Shown in pieces: positions 11,951-26,012 of a DNA stretch of 64,000 nucleotides. The position numbers and the translations under genes were made by a program. The stretch lies in assembly GCA_951406725.2 (NCBI GenBank), contig OX597816.1:33356001-33420000 (forward strand). Direction: 5' to 3'. Source of the DNA: Octopus vulgaris (lineage: Eukaryota). Within the stretch, counting starts at the first letter, position 1, and every line of letters begins with the position of its first letter. The notes under the pieces were generated by a model, which was not told where the DNA came from, did not search any database, and saw nothing but the letters and a program-made list of their open reading frames with translations.

Positions 11951-12598
11951 GTCACCAGGTTTGATCTTAATGTAGCCAGATGCTCATTAACGAAATCTTA
12001 TTGAAATATGTCGGAAGAAATGTTACATAAAATTTTAAAATACAACAGTCTCATTTATCATTAGTCAACAAAGGAGCAAAGAATTGTTCTTAAGATGAAA
12101 AATAAAAAAAATTGAGAGTAAGAAAAACCAACCAAATAAATGAAGCGGAGAGAATGTGCATTAAATATTTTAAAGAGGAAAAGGAACGAAATGATATATT
12201 TTTGCCAAATTGGAAAGTTTTAGTATAAAAAAGAGGCCTTCTTTCTCAAAGGATAAGATAAGATTAATAAAAAAAAAAGTAAGAAAACATTCTGGAAGTG
12301 AAAGAAAGGTTTCTATAAACCTATAAGCCATTGCAATAAAAGTATGCACTTCGGAAAGAGTGAGCTCATTTTTCATGGGAATAAAGTATTTGAATGAAAT
12401 AGCAAAAATGTTCGCAAGTAACTTAACACAATCAATTTAAAGCCTAAAACCAGATGATAGTACTACAGTGCTTTTCATATTTCTTCTGCGCTTTGCTTCA
12501 CCGCGAAGATAGAACGTTGCATAATTATATACAAAACTATTTTTACATACAATGCTATAGGGAAAAATTACTTCGTATATTTTACATTGCTGTCACAT

Positions 12599-12600
<2 letters not shown>

Positions 12601-12678
<78 letters not shown>

Positions 12679-12702
12679 TATAATAATAATAATAATAATA
12701 AT
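12601..12702. repeat. (AAT)n microsatellite
   Basis: Direct reading. Confidence 0.95.
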
Positions 12703-15700
12703 ATGAGTATACCTGTAACGATAATGTTATGATAAAATAAAATTATATAGATAAATAAATTGATGAAGCCATACATACATACTGTACATATTACAAGTTT
12801 CCCTGTTTTCCGAAGGGACTGAAAAATGGCAAATTTTTATACTCTACTGAAAATATGTTCTACGGTTTTCCCTGGAGTCGTGAATCAATAACAATTTCAG
12901 CGATAAGCATTGCGCTAGAACTTGATGGGCTGAACATCCGCAAGTTTGCTATCTCCATCCCCATTGGGAACTATTTCACCACTTCCCTCATATCGTCGCG
13001 AAAGCTAATCATTAATTCTTTGTTTATTATTATATTGAAAATATCAAACTAACTGATACGTTTCTAATTTTATACATTCAATCGAATATGTACGGATCGA
13101 AAGAAAAATGGCTAATGGTTTTGACAATTATATTTGCCATGAGCCCAGGGAAAGATACAGACGTGTTCGAACACTGTAGCAAGAATTAGCGTTATAAAGA
13201 GGTTTCTAAGTGATAAGTTACGTATTTCTTTTGTTTCAATATCATGTAAAAAATATTTATCTACATTAATCTTCACATTACTGCTATTATCACAATATTT
13301 GTTCTGTAATTTAGTTGGAGAAATATTATTCAGAAGATGGCCAAAGACCGAGGTATTTACTAACTTTTCGTGGGTGGTAAGTTTAATGCGTTTGAAGTAT
13401 GTCTTCAAAGTCTGAAGTTAGGGAGGAGAAGAAAAATCCGGAAGATTGACGTTTTAAGGAAACTGGCTGAATAAATTATCTCGATTGATATCCAAGTGGC
13501 GAAAAGAATAGTAATGATGTTGGTTTATATGTGTTGGAAGGTTATGTAGTTACATATTTCCAGAGGTTTAAAGTAATTTTATTTTCAGTCATTCGATTAG
13601 TTCGGTCGATTCTGAAGAATTTTGGAAATCTAGGCGAGCGTGTTATTATTACTGTTTTTACACCAAGTCTGCAATGACAGAAGCAATCTCCGATGAAAGA
13701 CATTCCTATGTTAGTTGTAGACGTAGCGCATCTAGAACTATATTATTCGATGTGTTCTTATTCTCCAAGACGTTATGGTAAATGTGACCTGACGAATAAT
13801 TGTATGCTATTGTCAAAGCAGTAGTCGTCATCATGTACCGCTATGCTTGTAGCCCGTTGATGGCACTGCAATGAAAGGCTTCTAGATTAAGCGCCAGTTG
13901 TCCCTTTGGATAGAGCCATTGTATCACTTTGTTCCGACATTCGCATGATGTTTTCATGAAAGAAATATTGTGTTGGTTTGCCATCACCTTCCCCAAGTGG
14001 AATGCCGTTGGCCTACTAGGGCTCACCTGTGATTTGAGAGGTCTCCTTTTTAATCATGCTGGGTACGTCACCCTTCTCCCAAGAAAGTCGATTGATTGGC
14101 GGAAAAACTGGCTCCCCCACTTCAGCTGCACTGGTAATACCATAACCAATGAAGGTAATCTGATACGTGATTATTGTAGTTGAAAATTATATACAGAATA
14201 TCAAATAATTACGTAGTGGCTTTTTAACTGGTTCGTAATTTTCTTGTTGGTTTTGGTGAAACTCCTTTGGAGTAGCCATATTATCAAAGATATTACAACA
14301 GTAACATCTCTTTTCTCATGTATTTTGTATTTACGATTATGTAATCCCAGAAGCCTTATCTCATTTTTAACTTTGTAAGTTGTAGTATGAGAGAGACTTC
14401 ATTGTTATTTCTATCAAGTTGAGCTTCATTAGGACTAGACTTCGCCTAATCTAAATGTGTGTTTGAAAGATGACTGAAAGGGACAATATTATATGGAAGA
14501 ATAATGCATCATTTGGTTGGAAATGAATGTTTCTGTTAGTTATATCAATAATAAAATGAAAATTAGTGAGCAGATAGAATGGGTCTCTAAGAGAATAGAA
14601 CATAATTTTCAAATCACAAATAATATGAGAAGAGTGTAGCAGTAAAGAGACACAGAAAAGGATATAAGGCCTTTCTGTAGGTGAGTGGTTGTAATGTTGC
14701 TGTGAGTAGAAAATTGCTTAAGAACGATTTAATTATTTCTTGTATATCGTCCAGAATTTGTTTGTCTTTGTGAAAACTGTATTGTCTCGAATATAGAACT
14801 TTAAATTACCTACATCATTCTATTTATCCTAATTGATAACACCACATTGAAAAACAGTTGTTTTGGTAAAAGATTTGATACAAATTCCTTCGTTATCGTT
14901 TACGATGCAAAAATGAGAAACAGTTTATGAAAGAAAAACATCAAGAAAATAGATGCTATTCGTTCTGTATTCATGTTTCAATTATTCTTCATATAATGGT
15001 TAAGAATATCTGTCTGCTGGACATGTTAATATGGCAAACATTAGCAACATCAGTTAAGCTAATTACTATACACACTTATTTATTATGCACACAAATATAT
15101 AATTATCCCAGCTGTACAATTTTGCAATGCTTTTATGTTTTCTCATAAATGCATTGAACAGAGCAACGAAAAATCGAAACATTTGTTGATTAAAGTTATG
15201 TAGAGCCACATAAAAGTCCAACAAAAATTATATATAATTAATTTCATGGAAAAAATCATTAAATTAATTGAAAGTCTAAAAAAAAAATGCAATTTTTTAT
15301 ACAAAGCTATTTCTCAGATTCTGGCTGAAATTTGTTGTTAATTACAGAAAAGCGTCTTAAACATTTTACTTTTTTTTAAATCCTGAAAATTTTTTTACAA
15401 AACTCTGACATCGCTTCTGGTAACATTCCCTTATCAACAGAATTGGTCGGAAGAACATTGTAACCTGAAGTTACACTCATGTAATCTCAATTATTACATG
15501 TCTGAAAATCCTGTATAACATTAAGATTTTTTGCAGGAAATATCATTCATCAACTTCAATACACGTTGGAGGCTAAAAAAGATATATATGAATAATTTAC
15601 AATGAATCAGTACAGTAATTAAGTTAATTAAACATGACTTGATGAATGTTTACGTTTACAAACGGATAAAATACATAGAGTAAGTTTATTTTATTAGATG

Positions 15701-15817
15701 CTGGAACTTATACGATAGTTACACTAATATTTAGGCTTCTGAATTTTCAAACGATAAATAACATATATATATTACGTTTATATATTTGTTGTGCAAGATT
15801 TTTTTTTATATATATAT

Positions 15818-16144
15818 AGGAGCATTCAGTCGGTTACGACGACGAGGGTCCCAACTGATACGATCAACAGAACAGCTTGCTCGTGAAATTAACGTGCAAG
15901 TGGCTGAGCACTTCACAGACACGTGTGCCCTTAACGTAGTTCGCAAGGAGATTTAGCGTGATACAGAGTGTGAACAAGGCGGGCCCGTTTGAAAAACAGG
16001 TACTACTCATTTTTATTTTTGCCAGCTGAGTGGACTGGAGCAACGTGAAATAAAGTGTCTTGCTCAAGGACACAACGTCAGGAATCGAACCACAACCTTA
16101 CGATCATGAACCGAATGCCCTAACCACTAAGCCACGTGCCCTCA
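15818..16144 (-). mobile_element. tRNA-derived SINE (family C variant)
   Basis: Minus-strand head gggcacgtggcttagtggttagggcattcgg..gtggttcgattcc, followed by gttgtgtccttgagcaagacactttatttcacgttgctccagtccactcagctg. Confidence 0.85.
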
Positions 16145-16779
16145 CTATATATATATATATCTATATATATGTAGGAGGTGGCAGGGTCGACTTGAAGTGT
16201 GTTGAAATTGCATAAATTAGTGTGTTTGTGGGTTAGAGTCGCTGGAATGTTGGCCACTGAGAAAAGTATGTGGGTACGTTCCGGAGGTGCACAAAGCCAG
16301 AGAACTGAGCTGTGATCAACAGAGTGAGTGCGGCCGGTGGTGGCTTAAATTACAATGAAAGGAGTATTCGCGATGGCTGAAATGGTGGTCTATGAGTTGC
16401 GGCTGTCTCGAAGTTATGATCCTCATTAGAGCCTAGAGAAACAGAGAAAATGATGCACACTTTGATGCAGGTGTGTTGCAAGGAGGTGAAATTTATGTTG
16501 GAGAGAGAGTCTGTAGGCGTGTAGTACATTGGAATGGCAAAGGGGTGGAGAATAACTACTAGAAACAGGGTATCTTTGTGGTTGTATTCGTTCTCCACCG
16601 TCGTGTGACAACTGGAATTGTTTCAACATCCCGTAACATAACCGTTCGGCAAAATAGATTCGATAGGATAAGTAAGACAAAATAAGTTTCAGGAGTCAAT
16701 TCATACGACTAAAATTCTTCTATACATTGTCCCAGCAGGACCATAGTCTAACGACTGAAACACATAAAAGTATATATAT

Positions 16780-18110
16780 ATATACATCTTTTCCATCCCA
16801 CCTCTTCTTTCCTACAAACGCGCCCGTAATCTACGCAACTTACTATTCCGTAACTTTATCCCTACTCTCGGTATCCAATCTGGCTCCGTCTTTCGCACTC
16901 GCCGTTGTTGTCACGCCTCCCCTGTCCTCTCTAACACCACTGTCTTCTCTGGAACACACCACCGTGCCTTCCTGTCACTAATTCTTTCAGATGTACGTCC
17001 AGTAAGCTCATTTACTGCATCTCCAGCTGTTGTCCCCTCTCCAAAATTGCCAACGCCTCGCTGACCATTTTGCAGAACATTTATGGGATATAGCACTCAG
17101 TTACGACACACTGTTTTGGGGGTACTTCGGCTCGGCTGTCGTTCCCTTCAACATCTGTTTCTTTTTGGACTATCTTTCCAGAGAGACCTCTTGGAATTCA
17201 GTTTCCGTGTGGAGCAGTAATAAGTTTCCTTCTCTCCAGACTTCGGTCTCAAAGATCTAAATTTCCAACCCCTTTTCTTTTAATCCTACTTTTTCTCTCT
17301 TCCAACATGCATGGACACACCGCTCTCACTTACATTCCCACAGTCCCGTTAAGAATAACTCTACATACTTACGCCACCAGCACAGCTATGAATTCCAGAC
17401 ACACTAGACGTTTAAGAAGTCTACACATACACTTATACAACTTATATACTAACGCACACAAACACGCTCCTCTATGATCTAATTCACACACACTTCAATT
17501 ACTGTTTAATTAGGATATGTTCGCAATACTATACATATTGCAAACGTATACGAATTATATAAAATATACCAACTCTTACGCATTTTTATGTCACATTTAT
17601 TCCACCTAAACATGTTTATTTCATACGATGCTCACAATGCATACAAACAGTAAGCAAGCATATACTCACACATACATACCCCTGCACATACACATACATT
17701 TGGTTTACAGCTCTTCCCATTCGCCACACACATATAAGCACGCACACACAGAAACACGTGCCCGCGCACAGATACAAGCCTATTAGCAGTACATGCATAC
17801 ACACACCAACATGCCAGATTCGTAATTATCTCCCTTGCCACTCACGTCTAAAACAACTTCACTCCCAATCATTTCAGCTAGCCATGACTGTCGGACACAC
17901 GTGCATCATTATAATTCGTTCATTTTTCATTCTCGTTTTTTTTTCTCTTTCTTTCCCTGCCTATCATTTCATTAAAAGAATGAAGACTCGAAATGTGAAA
18001 CTTATTTCCTTCGCTTCCCCCATTCCCTGAACGTCAGCTTCATACACCCTGTTTATTTTTTACCTCGTATACATGCTCTATTTTTGGGAACACTTGTTTT
18101 TGTAATAATA
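16780..18110 (+). mobile_element. Decayed Penelope-like element 3' part (GIY-YIG remnant and 3' tail)
   Basis: 16970-17290 reads VTNSFRCTSSKLIYCIS..., QRLADHFAEHLWDI and SLQHLFLFGLSF...FRVEQ...DLN (cf. FTCTS.N.IYCI.C..YIGQT.R.L..RF.EH...GLN). The tail at 17975-18110 resembles the end of the HHR-bearing element at 46041-46180. Confidence 0.65.
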
Positions 18111-18224
18111 TATATATATATGCGCAGGAGATACCTTGACATTAATCATTACTATCGAATATTGACCTCGAAGAATTCAGGTATTAAGAAAAATATAGGA
18201 GAATTCGGGTATTAAGAAAAATAT

Positions 18225-18623
18225 AGGAGTGGCTGTGTGGTAAGTAGCTTGTTTACCAACCACATGGTTCCGGGTTCAGTCCCACTGCGTGGCACCTTGG
18301 ACAAGTGTCTTCTACTATAGCCTCGGGCCGACCAAAGCCTTGTGAGTGGATTTGGTAGACGGAAACTGAAAGAAACCTGTCGTATAAATGTATATATATT
18401 TATATGTATGTGCGTGTATGTTTGTGTGTCTGTGTTTGTCCCCCTAGCATTGCTTGACAACCGATGTTGGTGTGTTTACGTCCCCGTCACTTAGCGGTTC
18501 GGCAAAAAGAGACCGATAGAATAAGTACTGGGCTTACAAAGAATAAGTCCCGGGGTCGATTTGCTCAACTGAAGGCGGTGCTCCAGCATGGCCGCAGTCA
18601 AATGACTGAAACATGTAAAAGAG
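18225..18623 (+). mobile_element. SINE family A
   Basis: aggagtggctgtgtggtaagtagcttg..ggttcagtccc..; same body and tail as the other copies. Confidence 0.9.
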
Positions 18624-20394
18624 TATGCATACAGACATGTGTGCCTAAATGTTTACACATATATGCACGTGTTAAATGTATATGTATATATGTGTGCATG
18701 TATGTGTGTACATCTTTAACGTTAATAAGATATTGATGATTGTTTCGGCTAATTTGGGCTAATTCTCGAACATTATTTACTTATCCTATTATCACTTGTT
18801 TGTGACAGAACGCGTTTATGCTTATATTTTCACGTAAGTTGTGGATATCATTATATAAATTGCTTTGTATCACTCTAGGTCTGTCACCTAGTGATAAGAT
18901 GATAAGAATATTCATTAATTGCCTCAATACTTTCAATTAACAGCGTGGTTGGTGTCATTTCTTTGCTGTTCACTTCCATTTTAAGCAGCATTATAATAAT
19001 TTAGTGTTACATTCATTCATAATTAATACGTTATTGCCATATATTCCTAGGGTGAATAACGTTAGGATTATATGATGTCTGGTAGTCTAGCTATTTCATA
19101 GGAGTAACTAAGAAATTTTTGTTAGAACAGTGAATAATGTATAAACAGACGTATGAAGGACAACATTGCAGCTTCATTGTGCTACCAAGTATTTTTGCTA
19201 GAGTTAACGTGGGGCTTTCTGATTATATGTAGTGTATTTAGTAAAGGAATTGTGCCAACTGGAAACATTTGGGATACATATATACTAGAAAAGAATTGTG
19301 ATAATAACATTCAATGTTTCTAATGTTAATGTCCTGCTTCAATATCTGTTTTTTTCTTAATGGTAGGCCATTCAACCCAGATTTGAGTGCCCAAGTAAGA
19401 GTAAGAAGCAAATATTCATTTAATATGAGGCATTGAATTTTCGAAAATACAGGCTATCTAAAGGATTTCGTTTTCATTGCACCTGTTAAAATGTTTGGTT
19501 CTTCAACTCAAGGCTGTTAATTTACGCAAAACAGTATCTTTGATTTCTCGACCTACGGCGCCATTTCAGAATAGTTACATTCTGATATATGATACAAGGT
19601 TTCATATATCGGAATGTGCGAGGGAAGCTCTAAATTTTCAGGCTCAAACAACATGTACACCTATTGATATGGAGAAAAAAGATTAGCATTATTTAGTATC
19701 GTATATTTTGAAAGATCAGCATGTCTAGAATCTTCGTATTATTTTTATCAACTGCTCTACAAAAAGGAGCGCCTGTGACAAAATTACCATGACTTCTATA
19801 AAGAGGAAATTTATTCTATCTTTAACAAAACAGCTAACACTTTAACAATGTTGTCCGAGTTAATCCCTACATGCTGACATGAGAACCAATTCTAACTTTC
19901 GAAACGTAACCCAACTACTAAACCAGATGAAACTTCATTACGTGAGCGATAAGAATTTGTCTTATATCATCGTATAGGCAAGAAAAATCGGATACAACCT
20001 AAACACTGAACTATACAAATAAAATCAGACTGCAAAAAATATTCGTACCACGCGTACGTCGTCTATGATACTCTTGAAGGTATAACCTCGCATGTTACAA
20101 AGCCACTCATATATTCTAATGAATAGAAACACTATGAAAGGAAGGAAAGAATAAACATTTTAAGGTAAATTTGGTTTTGATGTTGTTGTAAAACGCATAT
20201 TTTGAACCACTCCGTGAAAAAAACTAGGATAGAGAAAAGATATATGAAAAAACAGAGGAAAATATGGCAACTGCCAGAAGTAACCTATGTTAAGGAACAT
20301 GCAATTTAGCATGTGATTAAAGGCAAGATATTGTAGGTGTAATAAGTGCATCTAATGGTAGTAGTAACAACAGCAATAGCAGTAAGAGCAACAC

Positions 20395-20396
20395 AG

Positions 20397-20442
<46 letters not shown>

Positions 20443-20510
20443 AACCACTACTACTACTATTACAACTACTTCTACAACAACAACAACAACAACTGCTACT
20501 ACTATTGATG

Positions 20511-20586
<76 letters not shown>
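20395..20586. repeat. Compound trinucleotide microsatellite (CTA)n/(CAA)n/(ATA)n
   Basis: Direct reading. Source of the poly-L/I/S/V pseudo-ORFs. Confidence 0.95.
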
Positions 20587-20588
<2 letters not shown>

Positions 20589-21495
20589 GCAATAATGATC
20601 TGCATTATTTGCCTGTGCACACATAATCTTGTTCAATTCATGCTAACAATACAGTTTCTTCATCTTGTCAGTCACTCATATTTTTAGCACATTCAGCTTT
20701 ATCAATTAATTATTTTCAACCAATCATCTGCGTTAAAATGGTAGTCAATGATTAATTTACAATGTGATTTTGATCAACATTTAATTACCAACTCATCTAC
20801 GCTTTCATATTCTGATTGATGTTACCTTCACATTATGCCATGGGGACATCATTTTATTCTTCATAAGATAGATTTGGGATTTCCATTTTCGTATTATTCT
20901 TTGTCGGAATATATGTACATATTTGGTAATGTGTGTGCGTTTGCGTGAGTGGCGTGTCTGTGCACTAATGAGTATGTGTGTATATATTTTTGTATATGTA
21001 TTTTGTATATTGTTTCAGATTTTTGTTCTATGTTTCTGGATAATTGTTCAAAAAGAACGCAAAGACATTTGCTATTTGCAAATAATTCCAATATGGAACA
21101 AAAATAGTAAAAAGATTAATAAATAAAAGCTGAATAAAGCTAAAACGGTAAAAAGAAAGAAAGATACGCGTTATATAATATTTAAATCCCACGTTTAATG
21201 ATAAGGTGATTCAATAATGAAAGTAAATCTTAATTTCCTGGTATTTCAATATGGAGTGACAAAAATATATATTTGGATCATCTACAGCAGCTTTACTTTC
21301 CGGTTGTCTTGCCGAATAAGAGATTAAAAAATTGCAGAATATATCTTCTAGGAATTGTGCAGATAGTCTCAGTTAAAAATGAACAAATATTTATATAGAA
21401 GCAAATAACTACACGAAGTGTCCAACATTGTTATTAGAAGTGGTAACAATACAAGGGGGGTGCTGAATAGTTCTTGAGTTCGAGTAAAAGAAAAA

Positions 21496-21928
21496 GCGCA
21501 GGAGTGGCTGTGTGGTAAGTAGCTTGCTTACCGACCACATGGTTCTGGGTTCAGTCCCACTACGTGGCACCTTGAGCAGGTGTCTTCTACTATAGCCTCG
21601 GGCCGACCAAAGCCTTGTGAGTGGATTTGGTCGACGGAAACTGAAAGAAGCCCGTCGTATATATGTACATATATGTATGTGTTTGTATGTGTTTGTATGG
21701 CTGTGTTTGTATGTGTTTGTATGGCTGTGTTTGCCCCCCACCAACATCACTTGACAACCGATGCTGGTGTGTTTACGTCCCCGTAACTTAGCGGTTCGGC
21801 AAAAGAGACCGATAGAATAAGTACTAGGCTTACAAAGAATAAGTCCTGGGGTCGATTTGCTCGACTAAAGGTGGTGCTCCAGCATTGCCACAGTCAAATG
21901 ACTGAAACAAGTAAAAGAGTAAAAGAGA
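21496..21928 (+). mobile_element. SINE family A, full length
   Basis: gcgcaggagtggctgtgtgg head through the gtaaaagagtaaaagag tail. Confidence 0.9.
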
Positions 21929-22404
21929 ATAAGAGAGAGTAATTATGAAAGTATTCAACGTATTCTTCGCTCGGATTCACACATTTATTTCAGCGGTGAT
22001 TCAGTAATTCTAAGCCCTGTAAAAGAACTCGGATTGTTGGAGCTTCAGCCAGACGTTTCGCGATACCTTCAAAGCCAGGAACCTTTCAGTACATCCTTGT
22101 ATATGTTGGAATGTGCCAGAACGAACAAAACTAGAGTTCTATCAAAAATTTCAAATATAGCTTTGTTTCAAAAGAAAACTGATGCATGAATTTGTTTCTT
22201 CTATTTTAACGACACAGTATTGACTATTGCCGAAGGCGGTCACTACAGAACTTCAACAATTATTCTGAATGTATTCAATTAAGAATAACATATATTGTTT
22301 TCTTCCTTTTGAAATGCAAATGTATTAAAAAAGACATAAACTTTCAAACACACAACGTTTTTGTAACAGTAACTATGCACCTCTGTCCCTCTACCCCACT
22401 TCTT

Positions 22405-22437
<33 letters not shown>

Positions 22438-22577
22438 ATTTGTATATATATATATATATATACATATGTGTGTGAGTATATATATATATATAATATGATT
22501 ATCAAAACATATATGTATGAATACATATATATAGATATATACATATATATAAATACACACACATACACACATGTATG

Positions 22578-22610
<33 letters not shown>

Positions 22611-22957
22611 CAATATACCTATGTATTATAAAATAATATATAAATGTAGGAAATAAAACACACAGGTTACGAAAAAAAAGTGTCCAAGTTGATTTGAAAC
22701 TTATATATCTAACATCTTCGGGTCGACCTTGTTACGGCTATAAACTATCAATTTAACCAACATAAATATTCCTTTAATAAATACTTCGTATGTTATGTGA
22801 CCTCACAAAGAGACAACTGTGGCATCATGTATCGGATGCTGGGGTAACCTCAGTAAGATGAAAAACATGATCAATAATGTTATGTATAGCTTCGTCTTTT
22901 CCAGTGTTAAAGTTTATAATTTATCACTATTACACATATAAATCCACATATACATGC

Positions 22958-23032
<75 letters not shown>

Positions 23033-23038
23033 CATACA

Positions 23039-24312
23039 CAGGGGTTGGGCAAAATAATGGAAACACCTAGCATCATAGCATCATAATTTTGAAATATCTA
23101 TAATACCGTCAAAAGCGTGTTTATCTTTTGTGTTTTTTTTATATATTGTTAGTGTTGCTTAATATGTTTTCCGAAAATTGCTGTTTCTTTTCAGATATCA
23201 TCAGAAAAAGGTAGTTAGAATTCATTACAATGACAGATCGCTCGAACTTTCAGAGAGGTCAAATTGTTGGTGCTCGTATAGGAGGCGCTAGCATACCGAA
23301 AACAGCCAAAATATTTGGTGTATCAAGAAGTACTATCTCGAAAGTAATGACAACCTTTCAGAAAGAGGGAAATCCCTCCTCGTCGAAACAAAACTCGGAA
23401 GAAAACTAAAACTTTCAGATAGGGACCGCCGGAATATTTCACGAATTGTTAGAAAGGATCACAAAAGTACAGTTCTTAAATTTCTGCAGAGATTAAATAT
23501 CACCTCGAGAACCCAGTTTCCACAAAATCTGTTCGCCAGGAGCTGCAAGAAGTAATATTTCACAGTAGGGCTGCAATCAGAAAATCAAACCTCTACTTTC
23601 AAAAACAAAGTTTGAAATGCATTTAGAAGGGAGTAAAAACCAACAGAATTGGTCTCTAAAGCAGTGGAATACTGTTATTTTCTCGGGCGAGTCATTCTTT
23701 ACCTTATTTCCGACCACCGGCCGAGTATAAGTGAGGAGACAGGCAAAGCAAGCATTTGACCCAGACTGCCTTCTTCCAACTGTTAAACATAGAAGCGGAC
23801 CTGTGATGATCTGGGGAACTATATCTTGGAAATACGGTGGTCCAATGGCTTCCCTTCATGGCAGAATTAATAGTCAAGGCTAAGCATTTTATCTGATCAA
23901 ATACATTTTATGGTTGCGAAAATGTTTCAGGAAGGAATCGCAGTCTTTCAGGATGATAATGCACCAATTCACACAGCTAAAGTTGTTACTGAATAGCACG
24001 AGTAACATTCTAGCTAAGTTGAACATCTTATCTGGCCACCACACTCCCAGATCCCAACATTATTGAACATTTATGGTGCGTTTTCGAAAAAACAATTAAG
24101 GTGTCGATAACATACGCCATCAGTACTACAAGATCTGGAGACTGTTTTAGCTGAAGAATGGACAAAACTTCCTTTGGAAACAATTCAAATTTTGTACTAG
24201 TCCATATATCGTAGAATTCAAGTTATAATTACTGCTATAGGCGGTCCAAAGACATATTAAAATAAATTTGTTTGAAATTTTAAGGTATTTCCACTATTTT
24301 GTCCAACCTCTC
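23039..24312 (+). mobile_element. Full-length decayed Tc1-family DNA transposon
   Basis: TIRs caggggttgggcaaaataatggaaacacct and aggtatttccactattttgtccaacctctc. Broken transposase at 23230-24260: MTDRSNFQRGQIVGARIGGAS..AKIFGVSRSTISK (HTH), VIFSGES, FQDDNAPIHTA and WPPHSPDPNIIEHLW (DD34E-type, first D mutated). Flanked by (TA)n. Confidence 0.92.
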
Positions 24313-24320
24313 TCTTTTTG

Positions 24321-24354
<34 letters not shown>

Positions 24355-24468
24355 TACATATATACACATATATATACATATTTGTACATTTATACATATG
24401 AATACATGAATATACTTATATATATACACAAACATATATATGTCTATCATTATATCTATACGTATATA

Positions 24469-24530
<62 letters not shown>

Positions 24531-24577
24531 GTGAATTGAAGAAATGGAGCTGAACGAAGATTGAACAGAAATCGTTT

Positions 24578-24670
24578 TATTTCATTCTACACGTGTTTCG
24601 AAAGGCACAATTTACCAAAATCCGATTGAATAATGAGACCATATTGTGTCTTTCTCTTCAGGAAGAAATA
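24578..24670 (-). ncRNA. Type I hammerhead ribozyme motif (mirror copy)
   Basis: Reverse complement of 26013-26105 within the inverted repeat. Confidence 0.8.
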
Positions 24671-25285
24671 GGAAATCCGTTGGAAAAAACAAAAACAGAA
24701 CAGAGGCGGAGCAAAACAAATCGAACTAGGCTCCTAAGAGCCCATGGCAAAACTGTTTATCAGTGTATGTTGAGAACCGGTGGTTGAAGATTTCAACGGG
24801 TCAGGCAGCGGTCATTCCTGTGGGTGAGGGTGTGTAGATGTTCTTTGTGACCGAGAATAAAGTTCTGACTATTTAAAGAATGTTGGATGTTTTATAAGGG
24901 GCGAGAAAAAATCTACTTAGAGACATGTGTGTTTACTGTTCTATGTATGTGTGCTGGCGCATGTTGGCAAGACCTCCGTCAAGGGGTAGAAAACATTTTT
25001 TGTGTACGTGTGTGCGTTTGATCGCTCGGCTGTCAGTGGTTAAGCCGCTCTACACAATGGCTACTGCAGTAAGAACCGTTGGGTGGCAGAAAAAATATAT
25101 TATGTTTTATGTGTGCGTGTGTTCGTCTAAAACATGCCTTGTCAAGGACACCCCCGTCGTCAAAAAACAAAGCCCCGTTTATCTTACAGGAGTAATTCCC
25201 CTTGCAGTGGTTAATCGTAATTATCTTAAAGGCTATTTCAGAATTTGTTACCAAGGGCTATGGGTGCAGGTATTATTTATAAATG

Positions 25286-25927
25286 CTATTTAAAAGCCAG
25301 ATAAGTGTAACCCCGCCAATGGGGGCATCGAAAAGCCGACTGTAAAAGTCCGTTTACCATCCGGCCTCTGGCGAACAAAATATGGAAGAGTTCGGAGACA
25401 CAAAGGTTGCACTTCCTTCTGCCCCTATCAAATGGGAGGGCCACCGACAAAATTGACCATTCCAGCCTGGAGCTTGAGTTCGTATCCTTCAATCGCCATA
25501 TTAGCTTGCTGAGTCTTGTGGTCTGGCGTTTGTTCATGTCCCGAAAAGTTGCGTAATGATTGGAGATTCGCAAAGCCAATCTTGACGATGAGGCCCCTAC
25601 ATAAGTGTAGACATCTGAGTCCGTGTAAACCATGCATTGGTAGACGGCGTTTCTGATCTTGGAGTTCGCCGACGTGAATCTTATTCTGCTAGGATTAGTT
25701 TCTGAAATTAGAACTGCGTTACTGTCACTATATTTGTTACGAGAACTGCAGCCGCTTACTACTTTATTTTCCACTACGTCACTATTAACTAACGGAATAA
25801 CCCCTGATTCTCCACTATCTATCAGAGTACTGTCATTGCTAGTGCCCGTGGTGTTGCTATTGCGGGAAATGATGCTGGGGTTGCTATTGGGGCTCTCTAC
25901 CCTACTCCCATTGTTACCGTCAACCAC
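25286..25927 (-). CDS. PLE GIY-YIG endonuclease domain (no reverse transcriptase present)
   Basis: VYQCMV..YVG..LRISNHYATF..TRLSKLIWRLKD..LEWSIL..PF..CNLCVSE..IL..VN..CPH. Uninterrupted, and the frame stays open upstream into the inverted repeat, so the GTG start is not a real start. Confidence 0.85.
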   Translation of the reverse strand: MVDGNNGSRVESPNSNPSIISRNSNTTGTSNDSTLIDSGESGVIPLVNSDVVENKVVSGCSSRNKYSDSNAVLISETNPSRIRFTSANSKIRNAVYQCMVYTDSDVYTYVGASSSRLALRISNHYATFRDMNKRQTTRLSKLIWRLKDTNSSSRLEWSILSVALPFDRGRRKCNLCVSELFHILFARGRMVNGLLQSAFRCPHWRGYTYLAFK

Positions 25928-26012
25928 AACACCCCTATTTATAACTATACCCCTAGTGTGTACTCCCTGGCTGGAGCTGAGATTTTGTTTTTGTTTTTTC
26001 CAACGGATTTCC

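Noticed and set aside
18760-19760. Possible very old PLE reverse-transcriptase remnant on the minus strand
   Set aside because: Only faint motif echoes; cannot be supported without BLASTX.
20306-20687. Poly-Leu/Ile/Gln ORFs resembling signal or transmembrane proteins
   Set aside because: Pure trinucleotide microsatellite. The same applies to all YIYI/THTH/LSIY ORFs in the track.
22067-22130. Possible MMP exon ending ..FLALK|gtatcg
   Set aside because: Weak donor, and the upstream translation is not MMP-like.
24700-25285. SECIS element in the PLE 3' region (some Naiad PLEs are selenoproteins)
   Set aside because: No in-frame TGA in the ORF and no convincing AUGA..AA..GA hairpin by eye.
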